Source of the DNA: Tubiluchus corallicola
Taxonomy: Eukaryota > Animalia > Priapulida
Direction: 5' to 3'
Assembly: GCA_030141605.1 (NCBI GenBank)
Contig: JAQGDQ010000913.1
Span: 1-64,000 of the forward strand
Length of the DNA stretch: 64,000 nucleotides
The position numbers and the translations under genes were made by a program. Below, in pieces: positions 26,799-38,244 of this stretch. How positions within the stretch are numbered: the stretch's first letter is position 1; the number at the start of each line of letters is the position of its first letter. A model generated the notes under the pieces. The model made no database searches, was not told the DNA's origin, and saw only the letters and a program-made list of their open reading frames with translations.

Positions 26799-28937
26799 AA
26801 AAGTTTCTATATTACTACCTGTACTTAAAGTACTTTTAAGTAAATGTTTCACTCACTAAAATTTCTGCGACCTTCTTTTTGCTAAAGGTATTATAAAAAC
26901 GAATTTTTAATAAAATTTTTTCAATGAGATTAATTTTAAAATGTTGTCGATTTATTTAACGAAATTTTAGATAGAAAATGCTTGATTGTACAGTTGCAAT
27001 TTCAATGTCACAGTTTGTAAAATGTGTTATTAAAGCAATAAAGGTATTTAATACGACCATGACCAGTTTACGAAGAAAAAAATGCGGACATTTTTGGACC
27101 CACGTGTACAATGTGACACCACTGCCAGATGGTAACAAATTATTTTAACTGTTATCCGATAGTGGATAAAAATAGCCAAGAGTTTGAGCCAGGCTTTCAT
27201 GGCGCTCGAGATTTCAATAGGCACAAAACAGTCGCGGTGCAGTCATTTTGATTTGATTTAATTTGTTTTAATTAAATTTTTATTTCAAAGATTCATAGCA
27301 TAAAACATTTACATATATACAACAATTACACAGTAAATAGTAAATTCCACCAATGGCAATGGCGTCTGATGTTCAATGTAAATTTTGCATTACTATGAAT
27401 TAAATTGCACTGTGTAGAGCTTCAGTAGGCATCAGTACAATGTGATACAGTGTAATCTCATGCAAATGCATATGTAGACTAGAACAGTTTTTTAAATCAT
27501 TTCTTCATACTGAATATAACTGCTTAAATTCTGGTAATTAAGCCAAGCACAGCGAAACAGGGACAAGGCAGAAACATGTGTCAATGTAATATAATGAAAT
27601 GTAGTAGGTCATTTGCTTTCATAAAAAAGAAAAATAGACATTTGGCCAAATTCATGTTGCTTTCTACTTTGAAGTATCGTAACGTAGTTTAACAATGCCG
27701 ACTTTGGCTTGCAAGTCACAAATCTTATTTTAAATCCAATAATTATCATATATATACAGCAAATGGTGGAATGCAAATGTCAAACATTAAGTGGCGTGTT
27801 AGCCGAACTTTACTCTTATATAAAACTTTCTCTACTGCCTTTATTTACACAACCACGTAACTTCCCACTCAACTAGAGCAGACGGATACAACTCGTTGCA
27901 TTTACGTCAATAACAACCTTTGATACTTAATGGTGGTGCAAAATGTTCTCTAACGTCGTCTAAAGTGGAATAAGCGTAAAATTTTCTGTTATAATATCAG
28001 GAAGAAATTTTGAACGAGTGCCAGGAAAACAACAAAAATGTAAGTATTAAAATTGAAAGTTTGTTGTACAATTATTTCAGCTAATTATTAGTAGAGCCTC
28101 ACACATGGAAGCAAGAACACAATTTTAGCCTTTATGTATCTTATGCAGTCCATACGCAAACTTGGAGTGAAATATTATTCAATGTTATTGGAAAAAACGT
28201 AAGCAGTTGATTCTAATAACGCTGACATTGCTTTACTTATTTAGCACATTTAATTCTGACATTAAGCATCGAATTAATATTTTTGGGCAATTTTGTTTTC
28301 ATTGCTTTGTGTAATAAGTTAATTTAAAAGTCTAAAAGTATGTAAAGTAAATAGGAGGTATTTAGGCTACCGCTTAAGGTCTGTACATCTTTTTGAGAAA
28401 CTTGATGTTTTTTCTCTGGCAGCAAATTTATTAATATGTTGTCTAATTTTCTAATCCAGTGGTAAAAGTTCCTGTGTTGCAGCTTCAGAGAATAAGTGGA
28501 GGGTGAGTTAATTCCAGTAACATGTGTATTTTGGCTTTAGTCTGAGAGTTATTGCTTTATCTATGTATTAAAAAGGCAATGCTAAACAGCTAAATGCAAA
28601 AGTGAAAGCAAAATAATCAGAAATTGACCACTGAGCATGAAAGGATTACATAAATAGTGTCTAGAATGTGGCCTTCTAAAGAAAGTAGATCTTATAGACA
28701 TTTTTAACTTGAATGTGAATGAAAGATTTTTTTTTGTTGTAAATAGAAATTTCCTTTCTACCTAAACAATAGTAACATTTTCAGGTAACAATTTTATTTT
28801 TTCTGTTTGAATTTTGCAGAAAGTCGCTGCTGTGCCAAAACAAAAGATGCCACACGTACAAAATTAGACAGCAATCTAAAAAGGATTATGAAAATCTAGT
28901 ATTTCATACAATAATTAGTTTTTGTTGAACCAAGAGA

Positions 28938-31535
28938 ATGGCATTTAATCGACAACGTGAACAAGGCAATCATACCTTGCTACACAGTGTTTGTAAGGAA
29001 AATGGAGATACTAAACTAGCTGAAGATCTTATTCAAAAAGGTACTGACGTTAATGCACTTGATGAGCGTGGATACACACCTTTGCATTACGCTTGTGAAA
29101 ATGTGAATCTGAACTTGGCTTCACTTCTTCTGTCTTACGGTTCATGTGTGAATGCTTGCACCGAAATTGCTGCATCTCACCGTGTCAAAATGTCACCACT
29201 ACATGCTGTCTTTGACTGTCCGAAAAACACAGATGAAGAAAAAGTCCATTCATTAGTGGAATTATTGTTAAATAATGGATCTGATGTAAATGCTAATATG
29301 GTTTCCCACAGAGCTAACAATGAATCTCTATTACATCTTGCTGCACGTCGATCTTACCAAAGTGTTTTGAAATTGTTAATCAAAGAAGGTGCTGATATTG
29401 ATCAGGTTGATGGTTATGGAAGAACTCCTCTTTGTTTAGCCACTTTACTTAAGTCTGAAATGATTGTGAAGTTATTAATTGATTGTGGTGCGAATGTAAA
29501 TGAGGTTGATAAACCTGGAGATTCTCCACTGTCTTATGCAGCCTTTTGGTCTAAAGAAGAGATTGTGAAGTTGTTAATTGACAAGGGCGCCAATGTAAAT
29601 CAGGTTGATAAATCTGGGGTTTCTCCACTAGGTGACGCAGTCAGGCGATCCAATGAAGAGATTGTTAAGTTGTTAATTGATAATGGTGCCGATGTAAACC
29701 ATGTTGATAAACACGGGAATTCTCTACTAGCTTCTGCAATATTCTGGTCCAAAGAAGAAATTGTGAGCTTGTTAATTGATAGTGGTGCCAATGTAAATTT
29801 TGATTCGTTATGTAAGGCCCAAGAGCAATTACACTATTTACTAAAAGATTTCATTGAACGATCTAAACCTCTGATGAATGAAAACAATGATATTCTGATG
29901 TTACAAGCAATAACACAATTGTTCATAAACAATGGTGCGTATGTTAATAATATAGTTGGGTGTGGAACATCAGTGGAACATGCATTTCTCAATTTTCTTC
30001 TTCTAATGACACTGTTGTTAAATGGCCAGAGAAACAAAAATGTGCTTTTTGCGGTTTATGCAGTTTTGAAGACAATACTAGAACTATTACTACATAACAA
30101 ATTTGAAGTTGTAGCTGATAAGAGTCACTCTTTTCTTCACCAACTTTGTTATTCACTTGAAACAACAGCATCTGTAGTATTTAAGACAGACACCTGTAGG
30201 ATTCAGGAAAGCACAGAAGCTCTATCACCAACAGAGTTAGCAGTTGATTTCTATTTGGCAATGTTGGCACAATTAATTATTACACACGCAGATGATGAAA
30301 GGCATTCTTCACCATATTTGGTTCTTCAAAGCTCTCTGGAAATAATAGCAAAGTTACTCACCGATAAAGGTGTCGATGTATTTGATGAAAGCAAAGAAGA
30401 CGAATATTTGTTGTATTCAGAAGATGCTCAAAGTTATGAAACAAAAGCAAATAAATTAAAAACTGAAAATGGTTTCTTTATCACTGCAGGGTTTCACCAA
30501 GTTGAACATAAGTCTTTGCATTCAACATTTTGCCTTTCACTTAAGATAATAATGTTGATGCTGTTTGACAAAGTGGCAGGAGCAAATCTTTGTGATGTGA
30601 ATGGGAAATCGCTGCAGGATTTTGCAGTCAGTTTTTACTTTAAAGTAAAAAAATTTCTGACTAACCAGGATGAAGACCAGAGGGGTAATGTAAAGTGTTT
30701 TTTCAGTTCTGAAAGTAAAACACAAGCAAAATTGCCAAGTCAAATAAGAGAAAACAGTGAAAGAATCCTAAGTCAGTCATCTCAGCATTCACTAAACGAA
30801 AACGGAGTGAGCAGTAAAGAAGAGAAAACAGGCATATTTGCAGCTCTGTTTCTACAAGCCAATCTTTTAAACTTCTTACTCAATAAAGGGGCGCGTTTTG
30901 TTGACGTTTTAACACTGCGCACTGTACACAGTCCAGTTATGAATGTATTAACTCTGCACACTGTATACAGTATAGTTTTGAATGCATTAACTAGCAAGAA
31001 GAAGTACTTTAGCAGAATACCGCATTGGCAAGACCTGTATGTCATGCTGGAAGTTTTATTTAAAAACCAAAGGGGGCTGGATATCAATTTAGTTACCAGT
31101 GATGGAAAAAGTGCTTTTGGCATTCTTTTTGAAAAAGTCCTAAACTGTGTTTACGCACCACACATGTGTAGTTCAGCGCTGATGCAAACGTACAAGTTGT
31201 TCCTGGAGCATGGTTTGCACCTTGATGCTGAAGGACATGATGGAACTAACTATGAGATGCTGAAAGAACTCATGCAGCGTCTTGGTTCACTTAGCGACGT
31301 GACTAAAATCAGGGAAGAAATTATAAATGAAATGGAGAATTCTTTTCTTGCTTGCAAACTCGATTTGAAATGTTGTTGTGCAAGAATCATAGCTGCCAAT
31401 AATGTTGATTACAGGAGTCTTCCCTGTAGTTTGAAAAGTTATGTGGGGATACATCAGAAATGTATCAATTCAAATTCTGATTCAGATTGGTTTGATATTT
31501 TAGATTCATTATGCTTCTCTGCCTGGTTATCTTAA
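28938..31535 (+). CDS. Ankyrin-repeat protein with C-terminal SOCS/BC-box-like motif (ASB/FEM1-like Cullin adaptor), single coding exon, 865 aa
   Basis: About 8-9 33-aa ankyrin repeats in the N-terminal ~290 aa (e.g. GYTPLHYAC, GRTPLCLA, IVKLLIDKGANVN); C-terminal LKCCCARIIAANNVDYRSLPCSLKSYV. Acceptor TTTTGCAG at 28819 and donor GTAAGT at 28040 suggest a 5'UTR intron. Confidence 0.92.
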   Translation: MAFNRQREQGNHTLLHSVCKENGDTKLAEDLIQKGTDVNALDERGYTPLHYACENVNLNLASLLLSYGSCVNACTEIAASHRVKMSPLHAVFDCPKNTDEEKVHSLVELLLNNGSDVNANMVSHRANNESLLHLAARRSYQSVLKLLIKEGADIDQVDGYGRTPLCLATLLKSEMIVKLLIDCGANVNEVDKPGDSPLSYAAFWSKEEIVKLLIDKGANVNQVDKSGVSPLGDAVRRSNEEIVKLLIDNGADVNHVDKHGNSLLASAIFWSKEEIVSLLIDSGANVNFDSLCKAQEQLHYLLKDFIERSKPLMNENNDILMLQAITQLFINNGAYVNNIVGCGTSVEHAFLNFLLLMTLLLNGQRNKNVLFAVYAVLKTILELLLHNKFEVVADKSHSFLHQLCYSLETTASVVFKTDTCRIQESTEALSPTELAVDFYLAMLAQLIITHADDERHSSPYLVLQSSLEIIAKLLTDKGVDVFDESKEDEYLLYSEDAQSYETKANKLKTENGFFITAGFHQVEHKSLHSTFCLSLKIIMLMLFDKVAGANLCDVNGKSLQDFAVSFYFKVKKFLTNQDEDQRGNVKCFFSSESKTQAKLPSQIRENSERILSQSSQHSLNENGVSSKEEKTGIFAALFLQANLLNFLLNKGARFVDVLTLRTVHSPVMNVLTLHTVYSIVLNALTSKKKYFSRIPHWQDLYVMLEVLFKNQRGLDINLVTSDGKSAFGILFEKVLNCVYAPHMCSSALMQTYKLFLEHGLHLDAEGHDGTNYEMLKELMQRLGSLSDVTKIREEIINEMENSFLACKLDLKCCCARIIAANNVDYRSLPCSLKSYVGIHQKCINSNSDSDWFDILDSLCFSAWLS

Positions 31536-31669
31536 CAAAACAGAGCCGTTATCACTTAAGCAGACTTATTGTTAACAGTGATACAAATTGAACGTTAAGT
31601 CTAATAGTAACACGAGACACTCCCAGGTGTTTTCTAGCCACCTTAAGCAGTTCAATAGTGCTAAGGTAG

Positions 31670-32584
31670 GAAAAGCTAGAATGATTGCATAAAAGCTACT
31701 GATAAATAATGTACTGTCATTTATTTATGCATAAGTAACAAGTAATTTATAATTTTATTTGGTGTGGTGAAAATTTGTAGGTGATTTGTGTAAAATTACC
31801 TGTATGTAATTTACATTTGTGAAAATTAATTGATTTTACTGATTTTACTTTAGTAAACAAAAAATTCAAAATTTCGGTGCTGTGAAAATAAAACTAATAT
31901 TTCTAAATGTTAAAACTAAAATTACAGTTACTTGCTAAATAGTTTTGAAAGCCATATTTAGCAGAATATTGAACTTGAAAAGTTTTTGCTCAAATGTATT
32001 GAATTAGACTTCACTAGGTAACTCCAGATGTGTAGATTTGTACCTATATGAGGTAGAATAAAAAATTAGAACCTGCCTTAATCACAAAGAATTGAATTAA
32101 TAAGTGTAATGTTGTAATCTCTAGGTATCTTGTTTGAATCCAAACTGAGCTCTATGTTTTTAACAATATCCTTGATTAATGAGTTTTTAATTATATATGC
32201 TGTTCAACCCACTTCTAGGCATACTTCTACCGACCTAGTGGCATTATATATAATGTATGCATGTATACATTGGTATGAATCTGTACAATGCAATGCAGTG
32301 CAACCCTTGATTGCTGTGTGCCCTTCTTACATGTTTGGAAAGTTTGTAGCCTGCACAAATTTGTGTACAAGTAACTAATCAGAAACTGGTCGCTTGTAAA
32401 AATTTTGATGTAAACACTCTTAAGAAAAATTATTTATTTTTATAAGTAAGTCTTTAAAGGCATATTTAATATCATATGCTATATAGCTTAGTGAAATTTC
32501 ATATAATTATACTTTATTTTTATGTATTTTTGCTCATATAATATATTTTACTAGTATGTATATATATATTATAACACGCATATT

Positions 32585-32634
<50 letters not shown>

Positions 32635-33400
32635 CATATTAAATAAATATATATATATTTCCTGTAATTCAAAATCGTTTATATTAAGTTATCCTGTAGC
32701 AAAAAAGGTAAATAGTAAGTTTATATGCACCTTTATAGCTTAACTGCTTTTCATTTTATTATGTTTTTAAAGAGGTATTATCAATTCTTAGTATTTACAA
32801 TTTAATGTTTAAAATAAAAATTAATTTAAATATTTAAACTTAAACAATTTTTTCAATGTTTGCACTACTTCATTAAATTTTTATACTATGTTACAGCAAT
32901 TTTTTCTATAGGCTGTACAACTATAGTATACTATAAAGTCTAATACTAGAATAAGGGCAACAGGACTGTATGGTCGTATGTTGTCCTCGTATTTGGCATT
33001 CTTTTGTTGATTCTTGATGTTGTTGATTTGATACTAATACTGACCATAGGTGCGAAATAAAATGATTCTTAAGATATGATAAGCTAAAATGATTACATAA
33101 AAGCTACTGATGAATAATGCACAGTCATTTAGTAACAAATCAGAAGGCAACAGAAATATGTGATTTTACAATGATTTTATAATTATTATATGTATAAGTT
33201 CTTCAACTGCTATAATTTTACTTGGTATTGTGAATATTTATAGGTTTTTGGTGCAGAAATACCTAGTTTGTAATTTGCCTTTGTGAACAATAATTGATTT
33301 TACTGATTTTATTATAATTAGCAGTCTACTATATCAATGAAAAATTAAGAAAACTCAATTTTTTGTTGTGATATTGAACAAATAAACTAATAATTAAACA
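31670..33400. repeat. Diverged direct duplication (31670-31900 vs ~33080-33400)
   Basis: AAGCTA.AATGATT.CATAAAAGCTACTGAT.AATAATG and TAATTGATTTTACTGATTTTA blocks are shared in the same order. Confidence 0.75.
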
Positions 33401-33559
33401 CACTTAGTGTTATTAAACTAATAAATTTAACAAAGTGTTAAACGTTTCATGTGTTGCTAGGGGGTCCTCACCTAGTTAGTTGCTTGAGCACTTTTCCTGA
33501 TTGCAATTCTTGTAAAGCTCTATAACAGAATTTGGGTTCAATTCTAAAAGCGGACTTTG

Positions 33560-34990
33560 TTTGTATAAACCGATTTGGAGACTAGGAAATTAATTTTGAA
33601 ATGTTATATGATAGTAATACCTTTATTAAATGAGACGGTTTCTAAAGATGATGTTGACTCACCTCAAGGATGCGTCACTCACTAATCAAAAAGCGTATTT
33701 TTATTCTTATTGACAAATACAGCAAATGAAAATTTTGTGTATTAGTGGACTTCTGCGCTACAGATGCTCTAATTAATTTTTCAAACATTACTCAGTGTCA
33801 ACTAATCTTGTTTCAAATGACCTGTTGTCAAAATGGTTGCGTATAATAGTCATTGTGGGAGTTTAAATTTACAGGTCTTGCTGAACCTATATGTTTTCTG
33901 CATCGTGTTTGTAAATACAGTATACTTTATAATGTCTAAATGTTCTCAGCATTGCTGTATTCTTAGCACTGGTAATGATAGCAGTGGACTGTTTTGAACC
34001 ACTACATGGAAAGTGCGCACCATTGATCGCTGGTAGGTGGGTCGTATTAGCAATGGATAGCCCATTGGTCAAGTAGTCACTCGAGCTAACCGACGTCCTG
34101 TGTCATCAACCATTTAATCCATGTCACCAATCACGAAACCATTATCTGAGCTGTCATGAACGTGTCCACTCTGCAAGTTTAGTGTTATGTAATGCGTTAG
34201 GTACATTTCTACACGATGGTTAACGTCTTGAACAAGATAACACATTAGACATATGGTTTCTTATAAAATTACGAATGCTTTAGTCTCTAAAAAGAATTAG
34301 CACTGTTAGCTCTGACTAGTTGTGGTACCAATTCATATTTTGCTAGGTGACAAAAACTATAGCTTGGTCTATGTTAAGTGAACTTATAATTGAAGCATAT
34401 AGATGGCACCACCTGTTTACTCTTGGCAGTATTTACCTCAAGATGTCTTCTTATTAATAATTATTAGTAGTAATTAATAATTTACTTTACTAATTAATTA
34501 ATTAATTACTAAGATTAATTTCTTAATTAATCTTTTGTTTTATCTATTTATTGTGCTCCACTCTACCACGTAACAGTATACAGGTTAAGATTTGTCTACA
34601 TGATTAGGTATCAACCCTAGAGCTAAACAGCTGCCATATCTGATATTTATGAGGAACGTTTCGCTCAATCTAGTACGTCAACACTAGCACTAACATCACT
34701 GTGACAGTTAACAGACTTGTACAAAAAGAAAAGAGTGTCATTGGATGCAATCATGCTAGACATATCGAAGGGGTTGTGCATCTGTGGGGCCAGGTAGTGA
34801 TCCCTGCACTGAACTTTACCATCAACAGCAACTGCCATACTGTCTGCCACCGTAAAATTTGCCACGATATTGGACGAATTTCGACTGACTCCATAATAAA
34901 AATTAGCAACCTATTCGTAAAATTGGGTGTCCAACAGCGCACAGTTTCATACGCTTGATGCAAAGTTTATTTCAAAGACTGATTCATCAT
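33560..34990 (-). pseudogene. Highly degraded Ty3/Gypsy pol fragments
   Basis: Minus-strand CALLDT (retropepsin-like, ~34940) followed by ANFTVADSMAVAVDGKV, a post-protease spacer-like stretch (GLSIANT..., ORF 33887-34072) and LVSDAS (RNase H-like, ~33680), in pol order. Confidence 0.45.
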
Positions 34991-35049
34991 TTTTGTAGAC
35001 TTATTACCCTATCCATTTTGGACAAATGACAGCTATTGTTTGACGTCTT

Positions 35050-35270
35050 AAGTAGATTAAGAGGAAGGAAAACTCAGCAGCAAAAGATCAAGAGGGAGGA
35101 GTCAGCAGCAATAATCAAGCAGGAAAAAACCCAGGCTGGTCTTGGCAGACCTACGCAACTCATATCCACCCAGCGAACTTACCTAATTGGCTAGTAAATC
35201 TCTATGGGAAGCCCAGCAGGTGTAAGTAATTGAGCAGCCTAGACCAATGCCACAACCTGGATTAAACTGG
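35050..35270 (-). mobile_element. Partial copy of the 14.6-14.9 kb LTR-like repeat
   Basis: Shared collinear blocks with 14660-14850. Confidence 0.65.
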
Positions 35271-37019
35271 AAATCAGTTCAATAGTAAATAATTTTAAAT
35301 GCACGTGGCTGTGCATGTTTTAAGAATCGCAAATGGAAATAAGCGACAACAATTAAGGGAAGCCTTTTCTCATTTTGTTGACAAAAATCGGTTTTTAATT
35401 TGTTTAAGGTAAGCAAATGCATTTCACATGAAAATCCATTGTGTGGGCAGTAGAAATCTGCAAAAATTATCAAATTTAACGTTATCACTTTTTTTTCGTG
35501 AAGCTCACGATTTTTTGATTTTATTTTTATTAATTATTAGTTTGTAATTATTATCAATAGTCATATTATTACATTCTTTTGTTAAAACAATAAAAATCCC
35601 ACACAAGAAATTTTAGCTATAAAATAAGTTTATTTCTTTGTATACAGTCTAAACTTTCATCCTTGGACATGCATAACATTTACCTTCATGGAATTGCTGG
35701 CACCCTTTCACTTCATGGAAAATTTTACCAGGGCAGTTGGTTTTTACAGATCATATTGTAAGCATGTGACTTGACAGAGAGAAAACACAGTATGGTATCA
35801 TTACTGATTCATAAAATAAAGTTTATGAGATATAAAACGAAATTCACATGTATCTACTTGATTTTTCATTGTCTTTCAGTTTTCGGTTTTGAAGTTACTG
35901 TTACACATGCTTTACAGTTTATGGTAATGTTCATGTTGATGTTCTTGTCATGTTGCAGAAGCTTAAGAAACATAAATACTATTCCGTTAGCAGCATGTTT
36001 ATGTATATGCTCGCTCAGTGGATAATAATTTCTCATAAATTTATTCTTACTCATGATAACCCGGTAAAGAGAGAAAGAAAGAGTGTGCACGCACCCTCGT
36101 GTGTGTGCGTGTGTGCTTGTGCGTGTGTATCAGAGAAAGAGGGGAAGTGAGAGAAAGAGCGAGGGATACAGAAAAAAGGAATAGAAAAGAAAGAGTACGA
36201 GACAATAGAAAGGCTTTTATATATTAGAAAACATTGATGAATTTGTTCATTTACATTTCAGAGTGATTGCGAAGCAAGCCCGTACTGGAACTGGCTAATA
36301 AAGCTGCTTGGTGGTTATTAGCTGCACCACTTGGAGCTAATCCATACGAAAATTCTAACTAAATATATGAAACTTTTGTTATAATTATGAATCATCAACT
36401 AATGTTAACCAAGTGTTAATAAAGAGTGCAAAATAAAACAAAAGGTTAACTTAATTTTCCCTAGATAGTTATTTTATGGTGGATGCATAAAAGTTGTATG
36501 CATTTATTTTGTTATTTGAAGATGCAGGTGTAAAGAGTTACAGACATTTGGTGTTTGTGACTTTCTAAGTAATAAAAATTATACGTAACATTATTGCGTA
36601 ACTGAAGATTCAGTTGTATCTCGTTTTACCAGTTTGATGGATGTAACTTTGTAGATAACAGTAGTTACATATATGTGGTGAGTGATCCTACAGATCAACT
36701 AAGATGTTTTTTGTCTATAAATAATAATTTTATGCGCAGCAGGTAAAACATAAAACCAAATGTGTTTAACCAGAGTGTGTTTTTCCGAACCTGTAAAAAA
36801 CAATCGAACACTTTTTGTTAACTTTCCCCAAAGTATTACTGATTTTTGGATTTCCCTGAATACGACACCAATGCACCGACACTTATTTAAATAATCTTCA
36901 AACCGATACCAATTAACCGACTCATTAATAATTGTTTAAATCAGCTATAAGTGCGAACTAATGATACTTGTGTTCACAATTGGACAATTTAAATTGCCAA
37001 AATTTTCCTACACAGACTT

Positions 37020-38160
37020 AGTAGAATTTTTGGCGTTAAGTTGTCTTCTGGTCCTTTTTTCCTTGGAATTTTGGAATTGGAACTAGAACTCCTTTCCTTA
37101 ACTTGTTTTGGAAAATTCCCCGTTTTTGCAACATCATTAAAGTTTCAACAAGTCGGCAATTCTTGTATTACTAACAAGGCACATATTTAATTTATTCAAC
37201 TAACAAATCATCAATGCCTGGACGTTGCCATTCCTTAAAGAACGTTTCTTCTTTGTTAAATGGAAGTTCGTATCTGCAGGCTCCAGGTGAGGCAGAGTTT
37301 TCGAGTTAGCAATATTGAAAGATTTTTCAAAGAATTCTGTATTTAATGTTTTCTTTTTCAAAATCTAATTCCACCTTTTGAGGTATCAACGTTTATAGTA
37401 ATGTATTGTAGATTTCCATCCACTTCCATTCCTGAAGATATTTTTGGTTGAAGTTGTTGAACATCTTTATTTATCTTAGCTATCCAAGTTGCTTTATGTT
37501 TGATATAGACAAAATAAGTCATTTGTGTGCACCAAACAAAATTAAAAATATAATTAATTATTATCAAATTAACAACTGCAGATGAAGGCCTGCACAGGAT
37601 AGGCTTAAGCATCGAACATTCAAACTCAAACGAGTTTTCCTAGTTGGAAATCACAGACTAAAATAATAGATGCAGCACGTCAAATAAATGCAGCTTCGTC
37701 ACTAAAACTTTTGTAACATCATGCTATCAGAACATTTAGTTGTGATTTCAGTGCACAATTTTCAATGTTCTATTGCAGATTAAAACCGAATAATACATAG
37801 TTGCAGTCCTTCTTGTGTGACCGAATTTTCTTGCTTGTTCGGAAATCTTGAGAATGGAAATTTGTTTTGATTGGAGTTTGAAAGTCATAGATTCGATTTG
37901 TTTCAAATTCGGTTTCTGGAAGAGGATGTTTGGTCTTGCTGATCATTGCACAGCATAGTTGCTAACTTCTTATGATGCGTGTTAGTAAAATGCACCTGTG
38001 AGTTTCAAATTGTTTCCATGTACCTTAGTATTATTAACTTCACAAAATATTTTGTTATCACATTCCATTACAAGGTGTTTCATAAATCATTCGATAATTG
38101 AGTTTTGAATTTTTTTTCGAAAAAAATTTGCTCCTTTGACTTTTCAGTAGACTTAAGAGT
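37020..38160 (-). pseudogene. Degenerate LINE ORF2 (endonuclease end to RT start)
   Basis: Minus-strand NILFQKP (NT.F.K-like), then NDVAKTGNFPK..KGVLVPIPKFQGKKGPEDNL.P (pre-RT motif), with frameshifts. Confidence 0.65.
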
Positions 38161-38244
38161 TATGAAGCCATTAATTTTGTCATGCTACCAAGACCTCCGT
38201 GCATGCACAAAAACACCCAGATATGTATGTGCACATCATGCATG

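Noticed and set aside
33460-33550. tRNA or tRNA-derived SINE head (GGGTTCAATTC B-box-like)
   Set aside because: No cloverleaf and a poor A box; too degenerate to call.
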